This document shows, piece after piece, positions 43,351 through 58,089 of a DNA stretch of 64,000 bases. The notes beneath the pieces were generated by a model that saw nothing but the letters and a program-made list of their open reading frames with translations, was not told the origin of the DNA and searched no databases. The position numbers and the translations under genes are program-made. Every line of letters starts with the position of its first letter. Position 1 is the first letter of the stretch. Source of the DNA: Chrysomallon squamiferum (taxonomy: Eukaryota > Animalia > Mollusca); the NCBI GenBank assembly GCA_012295275.1, contig CM022678.1, forward strand, positions 6,262,001-6,326,000, read 5' to 3'.

Positions 43351-44880
43351 CCCATAACCATTCATTCTGCAAACATGCAAAACACTGTCCCATGAGGAAA
43401 GCCAATTAGAACTTGCGATAGCCAGAGGGCAGTTATTTATTGTTTCTTTGATACCAATTACACACTGAGTGGAGAGGGTCAACAAATCACACTGTGTGAT
43501 TGACACTTTAACTGGGTGGAGATGATTACCTAGACTTTCACAAGTCAAAACAAACACCGTTACAGAACATTATGACAATCTTTTTCCCCAGATCCTTTGA
43601 ATTGTAAATGAAGTTTTTATTCACTGTTATTTGGTAGTGCTGTATAAACATAAACAAACAGGCCAGACTTAGGAATGGACAGATTTATATAATAATTTAA
43701 CTTATCAATCATTTCCTTTAATATATATCTGGTGTTACTGAATATGCTGTTACTATGGTATTAAAGGAACTAATGGTTACTGTCTGTGGGACAGAGATGA
43801 TGAAATGTGTATAAAAGATATTTTCCCCAGATATTGGTAAGAATAATCTTAAAAAGGTTTTAGGACCAAAAAAAAATAAAAAATGAATGAACAACCAGTA
43901 TTAATTCTTTTATCATAAACATCATTACAAAATGATCTCGCTGGCTCCAAATAAACATTAAACTGTGTATAACAACAGTATGCAGAATTGTAATGAAACA
44001 AACTTTCCCATAAATATTAATGGATTTTGTATTTTGACTTTCTCCACCATTATCCTTGCATATCATATTGCATATCAACAGTTTTAAATTGTTTATAAAC
44101 AGAATAACATTTCTATATCTTTTTTCTCTGACCTGTTTACATCATTTTGAAAAAAAAAAATATCTGTGAGAAAACAGAAAATCAACAGCTTACAAACTGT
44201 TGAATTTTCTTCTCTTTTTTTTTTTTTGGTTGAGTTTTTTTTTATTTTTTTTTAAAAATGTTTTCTTTATTCAATAAAATAATAACAGCACAGAAACAAA
44301 AGCTTTTTTTTCTAGTTTTAATTAGATACATGTGTGAACAGAAAAATGAAACAGCAAAAGAAGATTTAATGTTTTTTTTAAGAAAGGAATATTTACAAAA
44401 AAAATTTATGTGTATGAAATTCAAGAATTATTGTAAAATATACTTTTTAAAATAACTGTATATACGTGTGTATGTCTCTGTAAAGAATATATAGATGGAT
44501 AGTTACAGACTGATTATATACAGATAGATACATAATAATAATAATATCTTCCAAAAAGATATAAAAAAAAAATAACGAGAAAGAACAGAAAGACCTCCAT
44601 AAAAATAAATAGGAATTCAAAAAAATAAAACAAAGTATGTTACACATTTGTTCTTAAACATATGGTAAACATATTACTTGTAGTTTTAAATCTTCTGTCA
44701 TATCCCCCGCCAAAAAAAAAACCATGTATGTGAAATAAAAGCTAAGAAAACAATTTTGTAACATAAACAAAAAGTTGTTTCCTAAAACAGTTATTAGAGA
44801 AAATGCAAACAAGATTTAACTACATACAGTGATTTATGAGACAAAAGTTTATCAATAAAACATCAAAACATTGAGAGAGA

Positions 44881-44952
<72 letters not shown>

Positions 44953-46974
44953 AAGTCAGAGACAAATAAACACAAAATCACCAAGTCAGAGTCAAATGAA
45001 GATAGCCAAACAGACAGAGAGAGAAACCAAAAATGGCTGCCATCAAGGCATAAAGGTAAATGTTTCCTTAAAATAAAGCAGCTCTAAGTACAGGAAATAC
45101 GATAAAAAGCAAAAAAAAAAAAAAAAAAAAGAAATACAGAAAAAAAGACTCCCCAAAACTAACATTATTAACTTTAAAGAACATTTTTTTTTTTTTTTTA
45201 ATCTGCTTCATCATGATATAATGAATGTGACAGCTGTGATATCGTTCAATCAAAGTTAATTCTTCAATTTTTCGATATACTTTTCTTTTTAATAATCTAT
45301 ATGAGCACCTACGTTTGATCCTGAAAGCCAAATTTAACACCGATTTAGATTAAAAAGATGGGTGTATTATTCTGTGTTGGAAAAATCCTCAAAAAAAAAA
45401 AAAAAAAAAATTGATCAGACGTCAGAGTTCTTGAAAGATGAATGCCAGTGCTAATAACTCACAGCTTCAGGCATGCTTTTCCATTTCAAACACTGATGCA
45501 TTTAATACTCCGCATCTCCTGAAATAGCACTATTGATGGAAATTCTAACCAAGTGTCTTGCGTCTTACAGTTAAACAATTTTGTGCAATCTCTGCACCAA
45601 CACCAACAGCACAGTAGTTAAACCCTTTTGCATTTCTGAGGTGTCTGTACATCACCATCTAAACTGCCAAAATCCAAAATCATGACAGATTTAAAATACA
45701 TCCAAACATCATTTGGGACCAGTGTAAACAAGATATAAATAATACCCAGGAGGTTCTGTAATAAGTAAATGCATTGTAGACACTAAACTGGTTATTACAG
45801 GTAAAAACTGTGATCAGTGAAGAGCTTGGGACAGCTGCTTTAAGATGGGGTGGGGAGTTAAGGAAATAGCTTAGAGATACTGACTCCTAACCAGACTTTA
45901 CTGAAGAGTAAGTAAATAGACTTTTCTCTGTACTAATCTTCTAATGCTGTGTTGAACAGACCAGCCAAGTTCCTGTGTTTTTCACATAAGAGAAAAATCC
46001 TTATTCTAATCTGATCTTTAGTGTATATAAGTAAGAAAAATTCCATCAGTTAGCACTAGTCTAAAGCGTTTACAGTATTGTTCACTAGCCAAGCCCCTGG
46101 CTGGAACCCCCTGGTGAAAACTATCAACAATTGATAGTAGCACTTCATCAACTGTCAGTTGTGAGGTGTTAAAAGCAATCTTAAAGTGCCACATACTAGT
46201 TTATTAAATGAGTTTTTTTTAATTCTCCAACAGAAAATATGATCAAAAATAAACAAATGTTTAGTTGGGGTTTTTTTTCTAATTGTTTTAAATATATATT
46301 ACTAATATCTGGAAAGATAGATGAGTGTGCATTATATTCTGTAAATATATGTAATATAAACAGTTACACACATATACACACACACACGTGCACACACACA
46401 TTATTCAGATATATACACACATATATATACACATTAAAAAACCCAACAAAAAACCCACTAAATTCATACAAAAACACATAACTATGACACAGAAATTTCC
46501 CATTCCAGACAGTGTCCAGTGAGTGCATTCTTCTTTAAACAAAGATGTATATAAATGATTCTTTACTGCTAACTGATCAGAACTGCTTACTGATGTGACA
46601 GCAGTAATAGATTTTCCACTCTCATGTAACTAATTCTGTACATAATTATGTAACACAAGTATATATATATATATATATATAACAACTATCAAAATTGAAA
46701 AGGTGTTAAACATTCATTCATTCATTCATTTATTTATTCTTTTACACACAAGGTATATGTTCATTCACACACAAAACATATGTTCATTCATACATTCATA
46801 CATTCATACATACATACATACATTCTCACTCAGGATTGATTATATACTTAGAAATGCCACAAAAGCATGGCTATATATGTCCCTACGTTTGAAAGCAGTT
46901 AATTAACACAACTCAAGTATACCAGAAAGAATTTTTTTAAAAGGTGGAATAAACAGAACTAAATGAAGAACTTG

Positions 46975-47011
<37 letters not shown>

Positions 47012-47067
47012 AAGGTAAAAGATAGAGATCGCAGATAAAGAAAGTAATGGGAATTTGAAAGAATAAT

Positions 47068-47101
<34 letters not shown>

Positions 47102-48811
47102 GAAGATAAATAAATACAAACAGGATACACCAGAGAGGACAGAAAAGGAGGAAATCAAAAAAAAAAAAAAAAAAAAAGTGCTTGAAATAAGAATAACAGA
47201 AAAGCAAATTGTGCAGAAAGGTGAAAGAGAGAAAAATCAAAGAGAATGTGTTGTAAGTATTTGTGGAAACACTTGAGCTCTGTGTTTTATCATTCCTGCG
47301 TGCTGCACGAAACCTGCAGAGAGAAATCGTAACAGGATGTGCGTGTCACAATGACATTGGTTAAGTCAGTCACATAATCTGGAATCTTTCCTCAGCTTTT
47401 ATTCCTGGATTTAGTTGGAGGTAGTTCTGTTTGTGTCTCGGTGTGTCTGCGTGTGTGTGTGTGTGTGTGTGTGTGTGGTCTGTTTTTTATTGCGTTTTTT
47501 TTTTTTTATATATGTATGTATCTGTGCAAGTTTATTCGTATGAGGTGTGTCTGTGTGTGTGTGTCTGTGTGGGTGTGTGTATACATAAAATAAATGTGTT
47601 GCTGTATGTATGTAAATGTGTGTGTTGGTGTTTATGAATAATACATGTGTGTACATCTTTATCAGTGGATGCTTAAATATATATATTTTTTTAAAAATAA
47701 TATTTTCTTGTCTTATGAATGCATATTTATCTCTATATGTATGTATATATGTACAATTTTAATACGTTTGTATGAATGTATTGTGTACATATGTATCTAT
47801 ATATAAGAGTGTGTACCTTCAGATACATACATATGTATGTGTTTGATTACATGTATCTATGGATGTAAATTAGCCCCTGTATGTCATTACTTCTGTCTCC
47901 ACACTATAAAAAGACACATTTAACTCGCGTATGTTTGAAAAACGCACCACTTTTGTTACTCCCATACCTTGCTGTTCACTTACGTGAGACCTGTCATTTG
48001 AATGGCTCAGCCAGTCAGTTTGTAAGTTGTGTGATTTAAACTGAATATTTACAGGCTCGAGTTGTGAATATAATCTCTTCTTTTTTTATCTTCTGTTTTC
48101 TTCCACTTTATCAGTAGTTTTCAAGTGCGTTTGACTGAAAGTTGAATCTTGCCCTGAGTTTGGAATGAATGAATGTTTGTGTAACAAGATGTAAACCAAT
48201 TTTGACAGTTATTTGTGAAAATCAGTGATATTTTTCTGAGGCTAGAGAAAAATAAAAAAATATATTGCTGTTGCTCCATGGGTTACTCTCACCTATTAAC
48301 AAAGGGATATACACCTTCTCATAAACAGTAAAGTACATATCATGATACAGCAATGGTTATAATGGAAAATAACATGTAAGACTTAGACAGAAAGCATACA
48401 TTTTAGACTTTAGTTGTGGATAATACTGGTTGGAACTAGATAAAAAAAAAGTTCAGGATTAAGTCAAGATCTATCACATCCAAATCAAGCTGTGCTTTGC
48501 AAGATTATCCCAGGAGAGATATCAACGGCAAAGATTTAAACAGTTAAAACAGATGAAAGGAAAAAAAAAAATCTGTTTTATTTTCCATGTTCTTTTAAAC
48601 GTTAATAAAATTAATGATGATTGTAACTTAGTCTGAAAAGAAATAAAAAATGTTTACAGCCTCACAGGATAATCTTTTTCTTTTTGAACAACTGCAATAA
48701 ATCTCTCTCAAGTTGTAAATATGTGCAGAGATAAAGAGAGAGAATAAAAAGGCAGTCCTGAAACAAGACAAAAATAATAAAATATAACAGGAATGAATAC
48801 ACAAGCGTACA

Positions 48812-49055
48812 GACTGAAATCTCTAAATGACAAAACAGCTCTATTAAAAATGAACAGAAGTGAAAAATAAACCAGTGACCAGCCATATTACTGAGTAAGA
48901 TCTCAATTCTGACTTGACAGAAATAAAGGTCTTATCTACAGCACATACCAGAATAGAAAGTGAAATTTCTAAATGACGGCTCTTTAAAAATGAAGAGATG
49001 AAAATAAATCAATGAGTAGCCGTGATACTAAATAAGATCTTAATTTTGACTCGGT
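48812..49055. repeat. ~100-bp diverged duplication
   Basis: tgaaat.tctaaatgac..gctct.ttaaaaatgaa..tgaaaataaa.ca.tga..agcc.t..tact.a.taagatct.aatt.tgact twice (~48815 and ~48961). Confidence 0.8.
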
Positions 49056-49164
49056 ACGAGCAAATTCGTTCCTGTGTTGGTTGATTCCATCAATAATCCT
49101 TATCGAAAAAAGAAATCAATACATGGAGAAGACAAACAAGATTCTGTCAATAAATTGTGTCACT

Positions 49165-49280
49165 GGAACAAGGCTGCGAGTTAGCTACGACAAAGCTGCG
49201 GTTTAGCTGTAAAAAGGCTGTAAATCAGCTGAAACAAGGCTGACAGTTTAGCTACAGCAAGGATGGAATTAAGCTACTTA
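49165..49280. repeat. ~20-bp degenerate minisatellite x ~5
   Basis: acaaggctg...ttagct units. Confidence 0.75.
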
Positions 49281-49296
49281 TTTTTTTTTACAATCT

Positions 49297-49349
<53 letters not shown>

Positions 49350-49954
49350 ATATAAAAATATATTTTTCAAATTTAGTGTGTATATTTGTACATACATACA
49401 GACAAAACTCCCTCACTTGGGTGTGTGTGTGTGTGTGCATGCATAAATATATTATTATTATTATTATTACACTAAATTATTTCCGATTTGAAGATTCACA
49501 AATAATAATAATGAAATTTTAATCTGATAAAAGATATAAATTTAAAAAAAAAATATATATATATATATATACATTTTTATTATTCGTTCCTGGACTGTTA
49601 CCAGTTAGCCATTTGTGATTAAATAGTTGTTTTATTTTAATATAACTAGAAAATTATTTGGCTGTCAAGCCTGACGAAATAATAATTTTAAAATATTATT
49701 TATAAAAATAAATTATTTATAAGGCCTATTTAATTCATAATTTTATTGTATTACAACAAAAAGTGAAAGATTTATTTTTATTTTTTATTAATTAATGGTG
49801 GAAGTAACAAAAGAAGAAAGCAGTCGCTAATCGATGGTAAATGTAATACAACTAATAGTATTTTAAAAAAAGAAAACACAATTTTACGTTGCAAATTACG
49901 ACATCATCGCATAATAATAGGTCTAAACGACATAAACTAATTGTTACAACTTAC

Positions 49955-50397
49955 CACTTAATTTTATCGACACATCTCTATCTCAGTCACAAACCATGTT
50001 GCACAAGGCTCAGTCCCCAAAATCATTTGCACCACAGAGAACGGAGCATTACGTAGTCTTTCTGTACCCAGTTGTCATTATGAATGAAATGTAAACAAAC
50101 GAACAATAAGAATTGCCGCCAGAAAAATAAGAAATAGCTCCCATACAAATACGCGTGGATGAACGAAAAAAGCGTGCACTCTTCACAAGGATCTTGTAAT
50201 AAACTGACTCGCTAAGCTCTCTTACGGCGTATATGGCACACGCCAAGTCTCTGTCGCTCAACGTTCTTCTGGCAAACTGCATAAACTTATATACAGCTAT
50301 CGAGAAAGGAGTGTGCAGACGATAGGCCGGGGATTTAACACGACGCCCGAGAAACCAACTGGCGTAGTGAAAAGCAGACGACGCGATTGCCAGAACT
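49955..50397 (-). other. Candidate non-coding first exon of a minus-strand gene
   Basis: CpG-rich, high-complexity block. On the minus strand there is an Inr-type TCAGTT at 50399-50394 and a consensus donor AGTG|GTAAGT at 49955/49954. The ATGs I checked near the donor hit stops before it. CpG-depleted DNA begins just downstream. Confidence 0.4.
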
Positions 50398-51792
50398 GAG
50401 TGTAAACTAGGACCAGTAGAATGGAAAATAACCACGGACGTTCGAAGGGTAAAACTATAAAAGGGCTAACAGTGTAACAACAGAGATGAATAGAAAAACA
50501 GAAGGATGCAAGTAAATGTATGATATTTTTACGTAGTCCAGACATCTGTTGAACTAACTATGAATATTTCAGAAATTAAAAAAAAAGTGATATGTGTTTA
50601 ACAGGTGACATGAACAGATGTGATTACAAAACATATCGGCACCTAATAAAGGCCTCAAGGAAGTAAATTTGGAGGGGGTGATTATGTTTGGACGAAGGGA
50701 TGGTATAATGCATGAGATAAGTATAACTGGAAACCACTTATTTATAAATAATCGAGAATTTATCTCATAATTTATCCACTTCATCCCATCCCGTTGTTTT
50801 ATGGGACCAAAAATAAGATAAGAAAAACTGACGCATCGCTGACACTTTAGGATGTAAACACTGAACAGTTTGTCCAGTTCATTTTACGGGAGCAACAAAA
50901 TTAAGCAGCAGTAAAAGAATTGTCAGAAATTAAAATCATAGATAATTAACTTATTACTTACAAATACATCGTTAAAATTTACAACTTAATTTTTTATATA
51001 TATAAATAGACCGAGAGGAATACAAACATAATATTGTCTTCTATTTCAAAAATTGGTCTGAACCAGGTGAAAGTCTTCAGCATTATAATATCTTCCAAAT
51101 CGGAGCGTATGACACTCGTTTCGGTTTTAGTTTCCTTGCTTATGGTGGCTTCCTGATATTTCGGTTTACGTTTCTTGATAATTACTGATAAGAAAACGAG
51201 ACCATCTCAAATAACGCACAGATGTGAGCTAGGAGCGAATTACTTATCTTTCTTCTTCTTCTTCTTCTTCTTCTTCTTCTAATTACTCTCCACCTGAATA
51301 ATCGACATATATGTAATGTTGTGGGGGGGGGAATCATTTGGAAACATAAAATGTTATATTTTTGTATTAGTAGAAAAGATTGTTGTTTGGAAATAAATTT
51401 ATCAAAAAAAAAAAAAAAAAAAAAACTTGGAAGTATAAAATGGAATATTTTATTAGAAATAAAGACTGGTTTTAATAGCAAATAAAACAGTCCCACTGGA
51501 CAATTATTTAATTCGAAATTAACACTTTCATTAAGTTCTCAAAGTCGATACGGGCTCCACTTTGACCTTCGGTGGAGTGATGTAAAACTACTTTCCAGTA
51601 TTTCATTGTCTAATTAAAACTGACCTGTGCAGACAGTACAAGTTAGAGGAATGCAAACATGTTTCCACGTCAGCTTAACAGTATACGGAAATAGATTACA
51701 CACGAAAACAGGTAACAATTAACAAGTTAAATGGCTGCTTGTTAAAATCGTATTTGTCTATGACATCACTGATGATGAACATATGACGTCAA

Positions 51793-52003
51793 TAGGGGCG
51801 AATCCACTAATTCAGAAAACAGGGGCATAAGTACTTTTTACTTGGTACGACTTAAAATGGATTTAAAATACGTTTCGTTGTAAGAAGAATAAAAATAAAC
51901 GCATATAAATAAATAAATGAAGAGACGTGAGTTTGTGTGTGTTAGGGAGTAAAAGGAACTAAAGTAGGGTCGCTCTTTGCACCACCCTCTAGATCCGCCT
52001 TCA
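51793..52003. mobile_element. Possible decayed hAT-type MITE
   Basis: Ends taggggcgaatcca / tagatccgccttca resemble the CAGGGGCGGATCCA-type TIRs of invertebrate non-autonomous elements. Only 9/14 match each other and no TSD is seen. Confidence 0.3.
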
Positions 52004-52586
52004 CTGCCACAATGACATTCCAGTTATACACAGTATTGTTGATGGTTTCTATAAAAACTGGTTACGATTATGGAACAGGAAGAAGTTGAATTACCCGACA
52101 TGTGGCAATTGATGTGCTTGTGAGTCGGCCATTATGTATAAAGATCACAAAGGTATCCAAACAATGCACTATTCCAACCTCAGCCTAAGAGAAAAATATT
52201 AAAAATCTGCAGTTAATTTGTAAAATAAATTTTAGAACATTTTTTCTCGCAGGAGTTTTAGATTGAAGAATGTCTGTGTTGAAGAATTAACGTCATTGCT
52301 TATATTTTGTAATAATTCTTCTTTCTTTCTTCTTAAATAAAATAAAGACATATAAACAGGAATGAATAGAAAAAAAAAAAAATCCAATAGGAATAAAATT
52401 AAGAAGATAAAAATATTTTATTGTTGCTGTCACAAACACACACAGACGGCTTGAGTTAAAGTTTCTGTTTAGCTGAAGTTTGTTCTTATACTAAAAGAAT
52501 CATAGTAAAAATAAATTAATAACTGAATGAATGAATGAATATGGTGTATTAAATACAAAGATATAGATTCAGAGAGAGAGAGACAC

Positions 52587-52667
<81 letters not shown>

Positions 52668-53419
52668 ACAAGGCGGTATTAGTTTTTCGTCCAGTACTCT
52701 CCGATTAACTATGCTACGACGACGGTGTAACAGAACCAGACTGCTTTCGCTGATTTGACGGTTTGAGTTGAGCTATCCCAGTTTGCAATGCGATATAGCC
52801 ATTTTGTTTCTCTAACCGGTAGCGGAAAACGTGTCAAAGAATATACTAGTAATTATGTGTGCTACGCTGTGAGACTCTTTTTCTCGTGATAATATGTATA
52901 TCATATTAATATTTAGTCAGCTAATAAAGTGTACTGTCGTCTTCAGCTCAAAACAAAACGTAACCAGTCATTCAGGTTTTTTGACCTAAATGGTTTTGTT
53001 GGGTTAGTTCAATGGCCTCCTGTTTGATAGAAACGGGGATCGTATCTCGATAAGGACATCTATCAAAAACATTTCGAGGAAATCACTGAATGCCTGTATC
53101 TTCTTTTCTGAAGGACTAATCGTTTAACATGCTAACATCGCAGTGGTCAGATAACCCAAGCTTCTAGATTAAATGCGCAAGTCACACGGTTAAACTTTGA
53201 AGTTCTGTGGATGTGTATGCGTTTCTGATTGGTTGACCGACTGAGTGATATTGCTGACAAACTATTTTGAAAATGGTTTTTTTTTCGTGGCGTGTGCGCT
53301 TTCGTTCAGAATGTCTCTTTCTGTTTCTTTCACTTCCTTCTTTTATTCTCACTATCTCTTCCTTCTCTCTCTCTCTCCGATTCTCTGTTTCTTTCATCTT
53401 CATCTCTCTCTTTTCTGTT

Positions 53420-53510
<91 letters not shown>

Positions 53511-54073
53511 AGTGTGTGTTGTTGTTATTATTATTTTTTAAATATTTTTTCCCAAAATAATTGTTACTATTATTATTATAAAATTAATCTTTGCAAGATT
53601 AATAATTAACGTTCTATTTGACAGACAAATCAAGATTAACCGAACTTAGATTCGAGGACAGAAATACAAAAAAATTGACATCGATTCGTTCTCAACTGAT
53701 TGAATCCTTAAAATGGCTACTTAAGAATTTGTGCAATCCAATAGGTGCTGAAAACGGGAAACATCTTGTGTTGAAGTCTGCTGTTATTAGGTTATTCAAC
53801 ACTTCCAGAAGAGCAGAGTAAGGAGAAAAAAAAAACATTCCCGCCCAGAATTAATGTTATCAGATATCTTCATTTTGTCAATTCGTCGTACGAGCGTTTC
53901 AACCCTCCGAGATGCTCTCAGCAAGAAAGGAGGAAATTATTTACAAACAAAAGATTATAAAAACCACAGAGAAGTCCAACTGTTCCAAAAACGCAGCTTT
54001 TTCTCTCTCTCTCGCGCTCTTTTTTTTTTTCTTCTATCATATAAGATAAAAAGGCGTGTGTGTTGTTACAGAG

Positions 54074-54134
54074 TGACGTATATAAATATATCTGTCAAAA
54101 GAACGTCTTCTGCTATAGAAAATTAAAATGGCGG
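54074..54134 (+). promoter_or_regulatory. Candidate plus-strand core promoter
   Basis: TGACGT (54074), TATATAAATA (54079-54088) and YY1-type AAAATGGCGG (54125-54134) in CpG-retaining DNA; GC box ~53839 and CCAAT ~53738 upstream. Confidence 0.35.
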
Positions 54135-54382
54135 ACGGTGTCCTATTCTGATTAGATGTTATCAGACGAAATGTCAGACAGTTATGTTAAAGATTTAGAC
54201 AGTTTTTTATTTTTTTTTTGCTTCCTAAATCGAGACTTTTAACAGAGAATATGCTTTTCTAAGACATACGTTCAGCATACACTTTCAGTCATTTGCGATA
54301 CTGTGTGATCAGCAGTTTTATATACAAGTAGTTACTATTTAGTATTTTGAAACGGTTACCATCAGGTACCAATATATCAGTC

Positions 54383-54461
<79 letters not shown>

Positions 54462-54758
54462 TGGACAACTAGTAATTTTGGCTATTATTTGTTAGCACGA
54501 TATTGATAAGACAGATTTAAAGTAACGATAATCAAATGGTAAGAGGAAGATAGCTGCACAGGAGATAGAAGGAAATCTTAACTAGAATAACTGTAGCAGA
54601 GGAACGGATTTTTAAAATTATTATTATTATTTTCTTTATATATACTTTACTGTTTCAAGACGTATCCAAATTGTATTGTTCACCTTATATTTATTATTAT
54701 TTTTTAAAATTGATTTGATCGAGCTGCTGTTGTTCTTCTTCTTGTTCTTCTTTTTCTT

Positions 54759-54789
<31 letters not shown>

Positions 54790-55225
54790 TTATTATTATT
54801 ACATTTTTCTGTTTACGTAAAATGCGTGTTAGTTGTTAAAGTATATAATACGGTCATTCCGTATCAAATCATCCCAAAAAAGTAAAGTTTTATCCATAGC
54901 ATCTTATATTTTGCTGAAATGTGGGCTAGTTATGCTAATAACACCAGCTTGCAGCAAAATCAAAGATGGAATGACCCGATATCCGTTTAAGAGCGGATTT
55001 TAATTTGAATCATGAATACTTAGGCAATAACTTGTAAACAAGTTTATTTACATATTTAATCCTGTGCATCACGACGCTGTATTTCTACGTCAGCGTTAAG
55101 TTTATGATATTACTCGTTTTATCTTCAAAATTATTTCCTCTATAAATTTGGCGCACCTCAGTCCTTTCCTGACATCCCGGATCCAATCCTCTCTTATACG
55201 TGTGTATAATTATATCTGTCTATCT

Positions 55226-55257
<32 letters not shown>

Positions 55258-55400
55258 ATATATGTCTGCGTGCGTGTTTGCGTATATAAATTTCCTGTTA
55301 AAATGATATATGTTTTTCTACGCTAGGATAACCGTAACAACATTCTCAAAATATTTTCTATTAATAACACTTGGCAGTAAACAATTTATTATTCTTGGGA

Positions 55401-55447
<47 letters not shown>

Positions 55448-55639
55448 TAGGATTTTTTCATTTAAAGTTTGCTTATATTAATATATTCATATTCCAGTTA
55501 TAATTATTAAAAAAAAAAAAAAAAAAAAGAGAGAAAAAAAAAAAAAAATTATAAAAAAAGTAAATAAATAAATATCCATAAAAAAAAAATCTATAAGTAA
55601 AAAATTACTTAATTTATTTATAAATTAATAAATCAATAA

Positions 55640-55640
<1 letters not shown>

Positions 55641-55721
<81 letters not shown>

Positions 55722-55730
55722 GTAGTAGTA

Positions 55731-55779
<49 letters not shown>
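55641..55779. repeat. (TAA)n microsatellite
   Basis: Seen directly; source of the poly-Y ORF. Confidence 0.95.
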
Positions 55780-55781
<2 letters not shown>

Positions 55782-55940
55782 GAGAAATTTCATATTAATT
55801 ATCCAGGGGTGACCCCACATTAACAACCAAATGTTACGACAATAATAATTTCAGGAATGAATGAAGAAACTGCAGTCAAAAAAATATTAATATATAGTAT
55901 TAATTTAATAATAATCGTGTAATCTTTTTATTTTTATTAT

Positions 55941-56001
<61 letters not shown>

Positions 56002-56223
56002 TATTATTATCATCATCATTATGCTCTCTTTCTATTTAGTATTTTCTTTCAAACAGGAGTTAAGAGACACAACAAATTTAGAAGCAGTAATTTGACACTA
56101 GAGTAAACCGTATTTAAAATTATATTGCAGTAGGTGCTGTCTAAGAACGATAACTTTTAATGGATGCTAATAAAAAGTTTGATGGAGTTATCTGTCTTGG
56201 TTTCATTAATAATAATAATAATC

Positions 56224-56289
<66 letters not shown>

Positions 56290-56294
56290 ATTCC

Positions 56295-56342
<48 letters not shown>

Positions 56343-58089
56343 GTTGTTGTTGTTGTTGTTGTTTTAATTAAACTTACAAAGCCAATAATACTAAGTACTT
56401 TTCACTCCACTTTTCTTTCATGTTTTCATGTTTATTAGTGAATCTAAATTTTCTAACAAATAAATAATGTAATTCTTACGTTCTTTCATTATATCCGGGA
56501 TATCATATAGCAATGGGTCCGATATAATTTTTAATTTATATTAATTATTTTTATCAGAGTAGAAATAAACTATTTCTCCGTCATAAAATAATGAGATGAC
56601 ATCACTGTATTCGATGACAGAACAATGTGGAAACATAATTTATTAATAGCCTGGAATTATGTCAGTATGATTATTTTAAGAATATTTGTATGCTTGTAAT
56701 CAATCAAACTAAGGATACATATTACTTCTTTAATGTTTACCTATTTAATTTTTTTTTTTTTTTTTTTTTTTTTCAGATGGGAGGGACGTATTAATGTTTA
56801 TTTATTTATTTATTTATTTATTATTTTCTTTCTTCTTCTTTTTCCTTCTTCTTCTTCTTCTTCTTCTTATTATTATTATTATTATTATTATTATTTTAAT
56901 GTTATTATTTTCTTTCTTTCGTGTTCTTTTTTTTTTCAATTTATTTATTATTTATTTAGTTAGTTTATTTTCCGAGTGGAAAAAGAAGAAAACTAGCGTC
57001 ACGTGACAGTGTCACAATCGCTTTTATTGTTCTATCGCGTTGTTGTTTGCATACGTCATAATTTTACATTTTGCATACCAGTAGCCTCGCTGTGATAAAA
57101 AAAAGCAGATGTGCTAAAATCCCAGACATTTTTTGCCAAAGTTTCTGCATTTTCTGTTCGTGAAAACATCCCTGATTATACAAAACAATTAGTTTCCTTG
57201 GTTATTTAGTAATCTACTTGCTAAATTTAATGGAAATTGATCTGCTTCACCGTGATCGATAAAATAATTTAAAATAAATAAATAAATAAAACAATAATTA
57301 TAGAACCATATAAATGCTTTAATATTAGGTTTTATAGTATCATATTGTTTAGTATCTTAAGAAAATATTTTTGGATACTATTGCTTTAAATTTGTTTTCA
57401 TGGAGCCGATTTCTGATGATTAACAATCGTCCTTTCGAACTCAAAATATACCGAGCTGGGTCAGGTGACTAATTTTCTGAATCTTGATTGGCTGATGTCC
57501 CTTATTTACAATAACAAATGCATTAAAAATAAAAAAAAAAACAACGAAAAAAACAACAAAAAAAAAACAACAAACAAAACAAAACAAAAATAAAAACAAT
57601 AAAAAAATAAAAAGAAAAAAGAGTAAGAAAAGGAGATCCTTTAGGTTCATCGTATTTTCGTTTTACTGGCTTCATCAGCTTTTTAATTTAAGCTTTCCAG
57701 TCGTTCTGAGTTCTTTAAGTGAGGCATGTCAGACACAAGTGAGATCAGGAGGTCTGTAGTTTTTCACCATTTAAGACAAAAGCCAAAGCATGGCAAATTA
57801 CGCGATGTTTGAATTGCCATAACGTTCTCTTTTAACGGTCATACAACAGAGGTCAAAATATCACTGGAAAGGCCCTTTTCATGGCTTTTATTTATTTATT
57901 TATTTATTTATTTTGTCATATACCTATCTATATTCATGGTCAGAAGACATGAAAGGAAATTCCAGAAAACCAAAGACACTTTCTAGCTACGAAAATGCGC
58001 GAGAAAACATTAAAACTGATATTGGAACAGTGAACATCCCCGTACCTTCTTTGGTGAGCGCTGTAATAAACGTTTGGTGTTACTCAAAA

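Noticed and set aside
46370-47590. Possible third inverted pair (46370-46460 vs 47480-47590)
   Set aside because: Almost entirely CA/TG and A/T low-complexity sequence; not distinguishable from chance.
50049-50435. 128-aa minus-strand ORF
   Set aside because: Starts at GTG (not ATG) with no recognisable protein features; better explained as GC-richer 5'UTR/promoter sequence.
56040-56140. Possible decayed copy of the signal-peptide exon ((TTA)n then cAG|GAGTTAAGAGACACAACAAATTTAGAAGCA)
   Set aside because: Similarity to 61043-61085 is short and A-rich, with no ATG or hydrophobic frame; cannot be told from chance by eye.
56998-57007. Perfect palindrome GTCACGTGAC (CLEAR/USF-type E-box)
   Set aside because: Single 10-mer with no supported nearby TSS; may belong to a dispersed repeat.
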